Source of the DNA: a virus
Lineage: Duplodnaviria; Caudoviricetes
Length of the DNA: 64,000 bases
IMG/VR virus record: IMGVR_UViG_3300006846_000010
Span: 1 to 64,000 of that record
Direction: 5' to 3' (one strand)
Shown: positions 51,786 through 61,016 of the stretch, piece by piece
Layout: every line of letters starts with the position of its first letter
How positions within the stretch are numbered: position 1 is the first letter of the stretch
Notes under the pieces: generated by a model
What the model was told of the DNA's origin: nothing
The model's input: only the letters and a program-made list of their open reading frames with translations
Database searches by the model: none
Translations under genes and position numbers: made by a program

Positions 51786-52931
51786 GTGACTGAACCGTCG
51801 CACTGGGGCGCACAAGCACTAACAGTCGTAGATTCCGACCCGCCATCACTCAACCTACCGACGTATGTCGGACAGGTACAGGCACGGTTTCGGTTCAACT
51901 TGGTGGACGGTGTGACGAATGAGCCGCTGGGTGAGGTGCATCCTCGGCTGGACTCGCCGCCGACCCTCACGCACGACACCACACGTGTGATCATGCGGTC
52001 GCTGTCGCCGATTAACCTCGAACCGGATGAGGCTGAGATCGTTAACCCGGTGCGCGACCGCATCGAACCGGTCATGATCATAGGTGACGTCGAGTATCCG
52101 CTGGGTCGATACATGTTCGGAGATAGCACCGCGTTTGCGGTTAAGCTCGGATATCCGACGTCAGTGGCGGCTGACGCTATGTGGTCGTCCAGCGCACTTC
52201 TTGACGAGATGTTCCTGGTGGATCAGCAACTCGACGTCGGGTTTAGCACGCAAGAGTTTCGTTTGCAAGACATTAACATCGAAAGTGCCGACGCGGCGAT
52301 CAGGAGACTTCTTAGGGAGCTTCCCGTAACTGTGGTTAGCGAGCCCACGCAGTTCTTCTCGAAGGGTGCGTGGCCGGCAGGCACCCAGCGGGGAACGGTG
52401 GTCAATGACCTCGCACTGTTCGGAGACTACCTCGCACCGTGGTTCGGGCACGACGGTTTCATGCACCTCGTGCGTGTGTTTGACCCGGCAACGGTGCCAC
52501 TTAACTTCAACTGGGACGAAAACCTCGTCGTGGTACGCGACTCGCCGGCGGTCACCAGTGACCTGCTGGTGGCGCCAAACCGGATCGTCATCGTGTCGAA
52601 TGATGTGATATCCGAGTCGAGCGCGCCGATCGTGGGGTCATATGATATCCCGGCATCTGCTCCTCACTCGATCACCAACCGAGGATTCGTCGTGCCGGCC
52701 GTCTATGAGATGCAGGTGACGACCGTCGAGCAGGCGAGCGCCGTGGCGGCCAACATCGGCCAGCGGCAGACGATCGTCGAGCGACTCGAGGTGGTCACAC
52801 CGCCGGACCCACGGCACGACTCATATGACGTGATTAGGTGGCAGGACATCAACTGGCTGGAGATCGGCTGGGCGATGCAGCTTCGTGAGGGCGGCGAGAT
52901 GCGTCATACACTTCGAAGGACGTATGTATGA
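51786..52931 (+). CDS. minor tail/baseplate hub protein
   Basis: YPLGRY, PNRIV, PDPRHDSYD, MRHTLRR; synteny. Confidence 0.7.
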   Translation: MTEPSHWGAQALTVVDSDPPSLNLPTYVGQVQARFRFNLVDGVTNEPLGEVHPRLDSPPTLTHDTTRVIMRSLSPINLEPDEAEIVNPVRDRIEPVMIIGDVEYPLGRYMFGDSTAFAVKLGYPTSVAADAMWSSSALLDEMFLVDQQLDVGFSTQEFRLQDINIESADAAIRRLLRELPVTVVSEPTQFFSKGAWPAGTQRGTVVNDLALFGDYLAPWFGHDGFMHLVRVFDPATVPLNFNWDENLVVVRDSPAVTSDLLVAPNRIVIVSNDVISESSAPIVGSYDIPASAPHSITNRGFVVPAVYEMQVTTVEQASAVAANIGQRQTIVERLEVVTPPDPRHDSYDVIRWQDINWLEIGWAMQLREGGEMRHTLRRTYV

Positions 52932-53827
52932 CGCAACCTATACTGCCACCCGAGCTGATCGGCACGTTAATCCAGGAGATAACGGCACGTGCTCCCGCGC
53001 TCGGACTGACCTGGCGGCTGCGACCGGGTGAGGTTATCGCGGTGGTCGGGGACGGCACCGCGACGGTCCGGTATGACGGCGACGAGACCGACATGCGCAC
53101 CATCATTCTGATCAATCGTGTGCGCATTGGCCAGCGTGTTATGGTGATATTCGTACCGCCGGCCGGCAACTACATCATCGGAACGCTGGTGCGTGGCGGA
53201 GATCCGGTTGTGCAGACGTTTCCCGGCACCGACACGTGGACCAAGCTCGACGGTCTGCTGTGGGTGGATGTTGAGGTGCAAGCCGCCGGTGGGCCAGGTG
53301 GCGGAGCACCGGCCACCGCAGCCGGTCAGACCAGCGCGGGAGCAGGTGGACAGGGAGGTGGGTGGGCTCGGTCGATCCTACTGGCCGCCGACTTGACCGA
53401 TACCGAGACCGTTACTCTCGGAGCCGCGGCGTCCGGCGGTACGGGCGCGGGTAGCAAGTCGCCCGACTCCAGCTTCGGCGTTCACGTCGTCGCGGAAGGT
53501 GGTGCCGGCGGTGGAATTCTCAGCGCGTCCGCGACGCCGTTGATCGGTCAAGGCGCCGAGGACAGCATGATCCTTAGTGGTCAGGTTGTCGCAAACGGCG
53601 GTGGCTCGGGAGGGGCGATTCGTCTCGGCGCAACCGGCAGCGCCGGTGGCCACGGCGGCAACTCATACATGGGAGCGGGAGCCCGAACCACCGGTACGGG
53701 TAACAACGGAGGCACCGGCGGACGGTGGGGTGGCGGAGGCTCCGGTGCGTCGAACAACCCGTCGGGTGGAGCGAAGACGGGTGGCGACGGAGGACCTCCT
53801 ATCATCATTGTGAGCGGGTACTTCTAG
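52928..53827 (+). CDS. tail protein with glycine-rich C-terminal domain
   Basis: N-terminal OB-like spike segment, GGGGSG-rich C-terminus. Confidence 0.7.
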   Translation: MTQPILPPELIGTLIQEITARAPALGLTWRLRPGEVIAVVGDGTATVRYDGDETDMRTIILINRVRIGQRVMVIFVPPAGNYIIGTLVRGGDPVVQTFPGTDTWTKLDGLLWVDVEVQAAGGPGGGAPATAAGQTSAGAGGQGGGWARSILLAADLTDTETVTLGAAASGGTGAGSKSPDSSFGVHVVAEGGAGGGILSASATPLIGQGAEDSMILSGQVVANGGGSGGAIRLGATGSAGGHGGNSYMGAGARTTGTGNNGGTGGRWGGGGSGASNNPSGGAKTGGDGGPPIIIVSGYF

Positions 53828-53861
53828 CGATGATAACCTCACCACGTGGTATGCTGGGAAT

Positions 53862-54560
53862 GTGACAGAGATTCCCCGGATCGCGGTGGTGACCACACGT
53901 GATCGTCCGCACCACCTCGCCGACCTCGCCCAACAGCTCGGCACCCAGCGGGTCGAACTGATTGTCGTTGTGGACAACTTATCCGATCCGCCGGTGATGT
54001 CCGGCCAGGTAAGAGAGGCCTCCGGCGGCTGGTCTGCCGTGGCGGTAAAGCCGTACGACAGTGATCCGCCTAACCTCTACGCGATGTGGAACGTTGGGCT
54101 CCGGGCCGCGACCCGCTGGGCGACCGAACACGCCTACGGCGCGTGGGATGTCGGCCTGTTCAACGATGACGCCACGCTACCGGCGGGGTGGTTCGACGCC
54201 GTGGCGAGTGCGATGCGCGCCGGTTCCGCGGGCGCGGCGTCTGGCGACGCGCACGGTCACATCATCGCACCGCACATCGCAACACGGCGGGGTGAGGGCA
54301 GCATCGTGACCCGCATGTGTCCATGGGCGTTCATCATCCGAGGTGAGCTCGGGATCTTCGCAGATGAGGACTACGGATGGTGGTACGGTGATACCGACCT
54401 GGAGTGGCGAGTGCGTGAGCAACACGGCGGGGTGCTGGTGCTGCCCGGCCTGATCTGCGGCAACACGTGCGCTAACTCGACGACCGTCGGGGCGCTGGCC
54501 GAGCAAGCCGGCCGCGACGCGGAGACGTTCGCTCGGAAGTGGGGAGGTCGACCGTGGTAG
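53862..54560 (+). CDS. glycosyltransferase, GT-A (GT2-like)
   Basis: VVVDN, WNVGL, FNDD, WYGDTD; leaderless TATGCT-6 nt-GTG. Confidence 0.8.
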   Translation: MTEIPRIAVVTTRDRPHHLADLAQQLGTQRVELIVVVDNLSDPPVMSGQVREASGGWSAVAVKPYDSDPPNLYAMWNVGLRAATRWATEHAYGAWDVGLFNDDATLPAGWFDAVASAMRAGSAGAASGDAHGHIIAPHIATRRGEGSIVTRMCPWAFIIRGELGIFADEDYGWWYGDTDLEWRVREQHGGVLVLPGLICGNTCANSTTVGALAEQAGRDAETFARKWGGRPW

Positions 54561-54617
54561 ATCTGACATCGGATTTGACTTCATTGATAGCTAACACACG
54601 CTAGGAGAGAGCGATAA

Positions 54618-55853
54618 GTGACGAGGATACTCACCGAGTGCGCCGTCTGCGCCGGCGACATCGAGACGTTTCTGGACTTGGGGGAGTCGCCGCTGGCGAA
54701 TAAACTTCCGCAGACCGTGGATGACAAGGAGGACTTCATCCCCCTCCAGGTCGCCGTATGTACCACGTGTTGGCTGGTCCAGCAGACATACGTACCGGCG
54801 GCCGCGGACGTGTTCGAAGACGACTACTCGTTCTACTCGGGTACGTCGCCGGCCCTGGTCGCGCATCACAAGACGCGTGCCCAGGAGCTACTGAAGCTGT
54901 TCCCGCAGCAGGCTCGGAGGCTGACGCTCGAGGTCGCGTGCAACGACGGCGACCTGCTGCGACACTTTCAGGAGGCGGGTTGCCGGACTCTCGGCGTCGA
55001 CCCGGCGGTAGGTCCGGTCGAGGTGGCACGTGAACGCGGTCTAACCGTCTGGCTCACCTCGTTCGACGTCAACGTCGCGGCCGAGATACGTAACACCCAC
55101 GGACCGGTCGGGTTGCTGATCGCGAATCACGTCGTGGCGCACGTCGAGGACCTGGTCGGATTTATGACCGCGGTGCGTTCGGCACTCGCGCGCGACGGCG
55201 TCGCGTCGCTGGAGTTCCAGTACCTGCCGGACCTCCTGCTGGGTAACCAGCTCGACCACGTGTACCACGAGCACCGCTACTACCTGTCACTGACGGCGTT
55301 GAAGTTTGTGTGTGACCAGGTTGGCCTGGACGTGATCGACGCCCGGCGCGTCTCACCACAGGGCGGCAGCCTGCAGGTCACACTCGCGATTCGCGGAGAC
55401 GGCACGTATCCCGCACAAGACCCGGGCATCTCGCGTCGTTTGCTGTCCGAGAGGTGGCTGCGTCAGAGCGAGTCATACCACGGCACGCAGGGTCGTGCCG
55501 AGTACCTACGAACACGCCTACAAGATGAGCTGGCGGAGGCCTGGAAGATCGGCTCGGTGGCCGGCTACGGCATGCCGGCCAAGGCTGCGACGCTGTTGAA
55601 CTTCTGCGGCATCGGACCGGACACGTTGACACACATCATCGACAGCACACCTCACAAGATCGGTCGGCTGTCGCCGGGTATGAAGATCCCGATCGTCGGA
55701 CTTGGTGACAGGCCGGATCCGGTGACGTACCTGCTGTTCGTGTGGAATTACCGAGGTACGGTGATCCAGCGAGAGGTCAACTTCATTAAGAACGGTGGTC
55801 GGTTCATCATACCGATCCCGGTCCCACTAACGACTAAGGCACTAGGTGGTTAG
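54618..55853 (+). CDS. NDP-sugar C-methyltransferase (TylC3/EryBIII/NovU-like)
   Basis: N-terminal CAVC...CTTC Zn site, LEVACNDG, ANHVVAH, YHEH, GYGMPAKAATLLN, DSTP.K.G, WNY. Confidence 0.85.
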   Translation: MTRILTECAVCAGDIETFLDLGESPLANKLPQTVDDKEDFIPLQVAVCTTCWLVQQTYVPAAADVFEDDYSFYSGTSPALVAHHKTRAQELLKLFPQQARRLTLEVACNDGDLLRHFQEAGCRTLGVDPAVGPVEVARERGLTVWLTSFDVNVAAEIRNTHGPVGLLIANHVVAHVEDLVGFMTAVRSALARDGVASLEFQYLPDLLLGNQLDHVYHEHRYYLSLTALKFVCDQVGLDVIDARRVSPQGGSLQVTLAIRGDGTYPAQDPGISRRLLSERWLRQSESYHGTQGRAEYLRTRLQDELAEAWKIGSVAGYGMPAKAATLLNFCGIGPDTLTHIIDSTPHKIGRLSPGMKIPIVGLGDRPDPVTYLLFVWNYRGTVIQREVNFIKNGGRFIIPIPVPLTTKALGG

Positions 55854-55877
55854 AAAGTGGGGTGGCATGCTGTGACG

Positions 55878-56843
55878 GTGAGGCGTCGAGTTTTCGCGTG
55901 GATTACGGCTGTGGACGCCTGTTTCATCTACAGGATCAAGCTACCACTTGAGGCGCTCGACACGACCCGCTGGGCGGCGACGTGGGGACCACCTCCGCCG
56001 GACATTCACGACTACGATGTTGTGATCGGCCAGCGGCTTGCCGGTTCGAATCCCGAGTGGCTGGCGCTGTGCGCCGATCCGAACGTACTTACCGTCTACG
56101 ACGCGGACGACGACCTCATCTGGCTGGATCCCGAGAACGAGGTGCCGTACTCGATCTACGCGCCGCTCTCGGAGGACACGAAGAGAAACGTCCAGGCGGC
56201 CGACGTCGTAACGACATGCACGCCGTACGTCGCCGAGCGGTACACCGAGCTCAACGACAATGTGCACGTGCTGCCGATCTGCGTCGATGCTATCACGGTC
56301 GAGCGTCCGCTGCTGACGACGCCAGACCGACTGACTGTCGGCTGGGCCGGCTCGCCGTTCCACAGGCACGACTGGGAGGCCGAGAGGCTTACTGAGGTCC
56401 TCGTCAAGTACCTGACTACGCAGCCGCGTGCGACCTTCCACGCTCTCGGCTCCGACTACACCGACGGGCGTCTGGAAGGTCGTGCACGGGTTAGTGGATA
56501 CCAGACACACAACGCGCACCTCGCGTCGTTTGACATCGATATCGGTCTGGCACCGCTCAACCGGACGTCGCACAACCGAGGTAAGTCGTGGACCCGGCCG
56601 CTCGAGTACGCGGCGCGCGGAGCACCGGTCATCGCCACGCGGTGGGGTCAGTATCCGGACTGGGTCCAGCACGGCGTGAACGGCTTTATCGTCGACACGT
56701 TCGGCGAGTGGCTGGATGCGCTAGATGCGCTCACCGATGACACGATGCGTGGGCCGATGAGTACCGCGGCACGTGAAAGTGCGCGTCGCGCTACGATTGG
56801 TAAGCACATTCACTTGTGGGAGAGAGCGTATGAAGCGAACTGA
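55878..56843 (+). CDS. glycosyltransferase, GT-B (GT4-like)
   Basis: YDADDD, VGWAGS, DIGLAPL...N.GKS...LEYAA.G.P; CATGCT-6 nt-GTG. Confidence 0.8.
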   Translation: MRRRVFAWITAVDACFIYRIKLPLEALDTTRWAATWGPPPPDIHDYDVVIGQRLAGSNPEWLALCADPNVLTVYDADDDLIWLDPENEVPYSIYAPLSEDTKRNVQAADVVTTCTPYVAERYTELNDNVHVLPICVDAITVERPLLTTPDRLTVGWAGSPFHRHDWEAERLTEVLVKYLTTQPRATFHALGSDYTDGRLEGRARVSGYQTHNAHLASFDIDIGLAPLNRTSHNRGKSWTRPLEYAARGAPVIATRWGQYPDWVQHGVNGFIVDTFGEWLDALDALTDDTMRGPMSTAARESARRATIGKHIHLWERAYEAN

Positions 56844-57359
56844 GTGCTAGCTGTGAGACTTAATCTCGGCTGCGGTGACCAGTACGCCCCGGGGTGGGTT
56901 AACGTCGACTTCGGTTCTCCGCACCCGAAGGACCTGGAGGTCGACCTCACCGGCGAGCTGCCGTGGGCGCCACTGACGATCGAACGCATCTACGCGGGCC
57001 ACGTGTTGGAACACCTAATGCCACAGCAGTGCGTCGCCCTGCTAACGCGGCTGCTCGACTGCACAGTGCCGGGTGGCCAGTTGCTCGTCGTAGGGCCAGA
57101 CCTCGACCGCGCGCAGGCGATGGCCGACGCGGGAACGCTTATTGACATTACCCTGGGAGAGTTGCGCGACGGTGCCGGGCGCTGGAGCGGAGACGTGCAC
57201 CACTGGGAGTGCACACCAGGCAAGATCATCGATATGATGCGGGATGCGGGATGGTGCGAGGTATCCGAGGTGTATATGCATACGGTGCCGCCGGACTGGC
57301 CGATCGCGTACCGGGGACCGGCGTGGCAGTGCGTCGTGAGTGGAGTGAGGTGGGCGTGA
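56844..57359 (+). CDS. class I SAM-dependent methyltransferase
   Basis: LNLGCG, WVNVD, HVLEH, PGG.L.V..PD. Confidence 0.8.
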   Translation: MLAVRLNLGCGDQYAPGWVNVDFGSPHPKDLEVDLTGELPWAPLTIERIYAGHVLEHLMPQQCVALLTRLLDCTVPGGQLLVVGPDLDRAQAMADAGTLIDITLGELRDGAGRWSGDVHHWECTPGKIIDMMRDAGWCEVSEVYMHTVPPDWPIAYRGPAWQCVVSGVRWA

Positions 57360-57643
57360 GTGAGAACGACGGTCTGCAGAGTAGGTACCGTGTTCAACGG
57401 GTCGACGGCCGAGATCGCCCCGGCGGTGACAAGGCCGGCGCCCGCTACTTCGTCCTGGACTACGTGCACGACCCATACGCGCGGGCAGCGTTAAACGCCT
57501 ACGCCGACGCGTGCGAGATGGGCCTGCCGAAGTTGGCAGCCGACTTGCGTGTAGAGCTGTCGAACACACTTTCGTCGATCGATAAACCGACGGGTGTCGT
57601 GCGAGATGAGGGTGGGGCTGTCGTGGACTATGAGTGGAGCTAG
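57356..57643 (+). CDS. conserved phage protein
   Basis: GL..RY.V.R.DG...YFVLD...DP.AR.AL.AYA; coupled. Confidence 0.65.
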   Translation: MSENDGLQSRYRVQRVDGRDRPGGDKAGARYFVLDYVHDPYARAALNAYADACEMGLPKLAADLRVELSNTLSSIDKPTGVVRDEGGAVVDYEWS

Positions 57644-57644
57644 G

Positions 57645-58214
57645 ATGAGTAAGGTTTCGGTCACAGTCGCGCTGCCGACCATTCCGCCGCGCGTCGGCGG
57701 TCTCCTCAACCGTGCCGTTCAGAGCGTCAAGGACCAGACTAGGCAACCATCCGGCGGCATCTCGTGCGCCTTAGACGTGTTGAAGGAGGGTGCCGCGGCT
57801 ACCCGGCAGCGTGCGCTGGATGCCGTGCGTACGGAGTGGGTGGCGTTCTTGGATGATGATGACTACTTCTACCCACATCACCTCGAGACGCTGATGAAGC
57901 TAGCCGCAGATCACGACGCGTCATACTGTTACTCGTGGTTTGACGGCAACAACCCGTTTCCGATGCACCGGGGACGGCAGATGAATCCGTCCGATCCGCA
58001 CCACACAACGATGACCGTCATGGTGCGAACGGAGCTGGCCCGTGAGGCCGGCTTCCGAAACCACGAGGACGAGAATGACGTGTGGCCCGGTGAGGACTGG
58101 CGATTCACGTTGCGATGTCTCGAGCTAGGTGGTAAGTTCATAGGTACCGGTGATATCACGTGGTGTTACGCGGTGCACTCCGGTAACACCAGCGGACTGG
58201 CTACTAGGTGGTAG
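57645..58214 (+). CDS. glycosyltransferase GT2, paralog A
   Basis: WVAFLDDDD, HH, EDW, NTSG...RW. Confidence 0.8.
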   Translation: MSKVSVTVALPTIPPRVGGLLNRAVQSVKDQTRQPSGGISCALDVLKEGAAATRQRALDAVRTEWVAFLDDDDYFYPHHLETLMKLAADHDASYCYSWFDGNNPFPMHRGRQMNPSDPHHTTMTVMVRTELAREAGFRNHEDENDVWPGEDWRFTLRCLELGGKFIGTGDITWCYAVHSGNTSGLATRW

Positions 58215-58777
58215 CAAGCTTTCCGAGCGACGTCACAGCCGTGATCCCCAGCGTACCGCCGCGGGCGCACGTACTGGTGCAGGCGCTGGAGAGCGTCACC
58301 GCGCAGAGCCGTTCAGTGCGTGGGATCAGCATCGCCGTGGACACACAGCGCGAGGGATCTGCTGTGACGCGCACGCGCGCGTTGGCAGCAGCAGACACGT
58401 CGTGGGTGGCGTTTCTCGACGACGATGATCTCTGGTTGCCGCATCACATCGAGACGCTGCTGGATCACGCGGAGCGGACCGGAGCTGATGTCGTCTACAC
58501 AAACTGCATCGTCACGAACGAGGCCAACGAGGTGGTGTGGAACCCGTTCGGTCAGCCGTTCGATCCGGAGCTGCTGTTCGTTCGACCTTACATCACCGTT
58601 ACGATGCTGGTGCGTACCGAGTTGGCACAGCGGGTTAAGTTCACGAACGAGTGGGATGAGTGGGGTTTTCAGCAGCGTGCGTTTCGCGCCGGCGCACAGT
58701 TCACACACGTCCCCGAGGTTACGTGGATCTGGCGGCACAACCGACACAATACCTCTGGACAACCTGATAGGTGGTAG
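58208..58777 (+). CDS. glycosyltransferase GT2, paralog B
   Basis: WVAFLDDDD, HH, DEW, NTSG.PDRW. Confidence 0.8.
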   Translation: MVASFPSDVTAVIPSVPPRAHVLVQALESVTAQSRSVRGISIAVDTQREGSAVTRTRALAAADTSWVAFLDDDDLWLPHHIETLLDHAERTGADVVYTNCIVTNEANEVVWNPFGQPFDPELLFVRPYITVTMLVRTELAQRVKFTNEWDEWGFQQRAFRAGAQFTHVPEVTWIWRHNRHNTSGQPDRW

Positions 58778-58780
58778 AAC

Positions 58781-59377
58781 GTGAACTTTCCGCGAGACGT
58801 TACGGCGGTCATCCCGCACATCCCGACCCGACCCAACGCCCTGGCGACGGCGGTGAAGAGCGTGGCGGTTCAGACTCAGCGGGTTACCGCCATCGCCGTC
58901 GAGGTGGACGTCGAGCACACCGGCTCGGCCGCGACGCGAAACCGTGCGCTGTCACGCGTGGACACCGAGTGGGTCGCGTTTCTGGACGATGATGACCGGT
59001 GGCTGTCGCATCACGTGAACGTGCTGCTGGAGGCTGCCGAGCTAACCAATTCCGACGTCGTGTATTCGGGCTGCCAGGTCTTGGATAAGGACGAAAATGA
59101 GATACCTCTCCGGGAGGAGTGGGGACGCTTCGGTCAGGAGTTCTCTGCCGCGCTACTGCGTGAGAAGTCGTATATCCCGGTGACCAGTCTGGTGCGATCG
59201 GAGCTCGCGTGCAGCGCACAATTCGGGCCGCCGGTCGGGGTGGAGATCGACTACGACGACTGGGGCTTTTACGTCCGGTTGCTGGACGCCGGTGCGCGTT
59301 TTCACCACGTACCTGAGGTGACGTGGATCTGGAACCACGACGGCAAGAACACCTCGGGAAGGCCGGACAGGTGGTAG
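58781..59377 (+). CDS. glycosyltransferase GT2, paralog C
   Basis: WVAFLDDDD, HH, DDW, NTSG.PDRW. Confidence 0.8.
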   Translation: MNFPRDVTAVIPHIPTRPNALATAVKSVAVQTQRVTAIAVEVDVEHTGSAATRNRALSRVDTEWVAFLDDDDRWLSHHVNVLLEAAELTNSDVVYSGCQVLDKDENEIPLREEWGRFGQEFSAALLREKSYIPVTSLVRSELACSAQFGPPVGVEIDYDDWGFYVRLLDAGARFHHVPEVTWIWNHDGKNTSGRPDRW

Positions 59378-59465
59378 TGACCGGGCAAGTAGCGCTAGGA
59401 GCTCTACTCGGCGTCGTGATTCTCGCACTCACGTGGTGGATTACGCGGAGAGGTGGACACAACCT

Positions 59466-60551
59466 GTGAAAACGTACGTGTATCCCGCCGATGAACACGG
59501 GTGTGGGTATCACCGGCTAATATGGCCCGCACGACAGCTTCATGCAGACGGACACGACGTTGTCATTGTTATGCCCAAGGATCGAAACGCCGCGTTCCAG
59601 GGACGGGTGGACGCGGACGGTAAACTCGTAGACGTCCAGGTACCCGAGGACGCCGATATGATCATTTTGCAACGCATCACACACAAGCACCTGGTGGATG
59701 CGATCGGCATGCTGCGTAGGCGTGGCATCGCAGTGGTGATCGACATGGACGACGACCTCGCCGCTGTGAATCCGAACAATCCCGCGTTTGCCGCCATGCA
59801 CCCGGTCTTCGGCGCAAGCAAGGATCATAACTGGCAGTACGCCCAGCGAGCGTGCGAGGAGGCCACCTTCGTCACCGTGTCCACGGACGCGTTGCTGACG
59901 CGGTATGCACCGCACGGACGCGGCAGGATCCTGTACAACTGTGTGCCGGCGCGCTATCTCGCGGTCGAGCGGGTAGACTCGACGGTAGTAGGTTGGGCAG
60001 GTTCAACGCACTCTCACCCGGATGACCTTCAGGCAACGGGAACCGCACTAGCTCAGTTGTCTCGAGACACCGGAACGCCGTTCCACGTGGTAGGTGACGG
60101 CATCGGGGTCCGGGACGCGCTACGGCTGGATGTCGAGCCTACGAACACCGGACCGCAGGATCCGCTGGTCGGCTGGCCTGCGGAGGTCGCTAAACTGGGC
60201 GTCGGAGTCGCACCGCTGGCGGCGACGAAATTCAACGACGGAAAGTCGTGGCTCAAGCCGTTGGAGTACGCGGCGCTGGGTGTGCCGTGGGTCGCGTCGC
60301 CGAGTCCGGAGTACTTACGCTTTCACCGGCTGGGCGTAGGTCTGATCGCAGATAAACCGAAGCGTTGGTTACGGCATCTGAGGTCTCTGGTCGAGAGTCG
60401 TGACGCACGTGATGAACTGTCTGGTCGAGGACGCGAAATCGCGGCGAACTGGACGACGGAGGGCAACACGTGGCGCTGGGCGGAGGCCTGGGCCGACGCG
60501 TTCGAGACCGAGCGTAGGTTGGCCGGAGAGGTTGCCCGGTACCGTGTTTGA
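59466..60551 (+). CDS. glycosyltransferase, GT-B (GT4-like), paralog of 55878
   Basis: GCGYHR..P, IDMDDD, VGWAGS..H..D, APL...N.GKSW...LEYAA.G.P. Confidence 0.8.
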   Translation: MKTYVYPADEHGCGYHRLIWPARQLHADGHDVVIVMPKDRNAAFQGRVDADGKLVDVQVPEDADMIILQRITHKHLVDAIGMLRRRGIAVVIDMDDDLAAVNPNNPAFAAMHPVFGASKDHNWQYAQRACEEATFVTVSTDALLTRYAPHGRGRILYNCVPARYLAVERVDSTVVGWAGSTHSHPDDLQATGTALAQLSRDTGTPFHVVGDGIGVRDALRLDVEPTNTGPQDPLVGWPAEVAKLGVGVAPLAATKFNDGKSWLKPLEYAALGVPWVASPSPEYLRFHRLGVGLIADKPKRWLRHLRSLVESRDARDELSGRGREIAANWTTEGNTWRWAEAWADAFETERRLAGEVARYRV

Positions 60552-60611
60552 GTCACTTGAGAGCACGCTCGGAACGCCCGGCCGTAGTTCGATCCGGGGT
60601 AAAAACCGGCA

Positions 60612-60923
60612 CTAACTGAGCCACGATAGGCCGCACGCCCGGCAGATCTGGCCACGGCCGGTAGGTGATGCGTAAACCTCGTGCGACCGACAGCCGGGAC
60701 AGCGAACACGTGTTTTCCGGTAGACCAGGACCCGCCGGGCGTCCTCGGTTAGTCCGCCCCAGACGCCGTACTCCTGCCTGGTCTCCAACGCCCACGTTAG
60801 GCAGTCGAGGCGAACTTGACATAATTCACACACGGCGATGGCCTTGGCTGCACGGTCCTTGTCGAAGAACATGTCACGGTCGAGATTACGACACGCCGCT
60901 CGGGACCAGTCTACGTTAACCAC
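60612..60923 (-). CDS. whiB: WhiB family transcriptional regulator with C-terminal Zn ribbon
   Basis: W..AAC...FF...C..C.VR..C...AL...GVWGGLT; extra CPGC...CRAC. Confidence 0.9.
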   Translation of the reverse strand: MVNVDWSRAACRNLDRDMFFDKDRAAKAIAVCELCQVRLDCLTWALETRQEYGVWGGLTEDARRVLVYRKTRVRCPGCRSHEVYASPTGRGQICRACGLSWLS

Positions 60924-61016
60924 AAATCACCACCTCATCCTGGCGCGTTGACGTACGACCGACCGTCGGGACCTGAGGTCCCGACGGATCGGACGTTGCC
61001 TCCCCTAGGTGGTGAC

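Noticed and set aside
53862-60551. Host polysaccharide or antibiotic cluster marking a prophage boundary
   Set aside because: Co-oriented with tail genes, contains a phage-type ORF (57356) and is followed by phage genes; no transporter, integrase or att site seen
60565-60612. GTTCGATCC T-loop-like motif
   Set aside because: No supporting T-stem or cloverleaf; likely a terminator region between convergent genes
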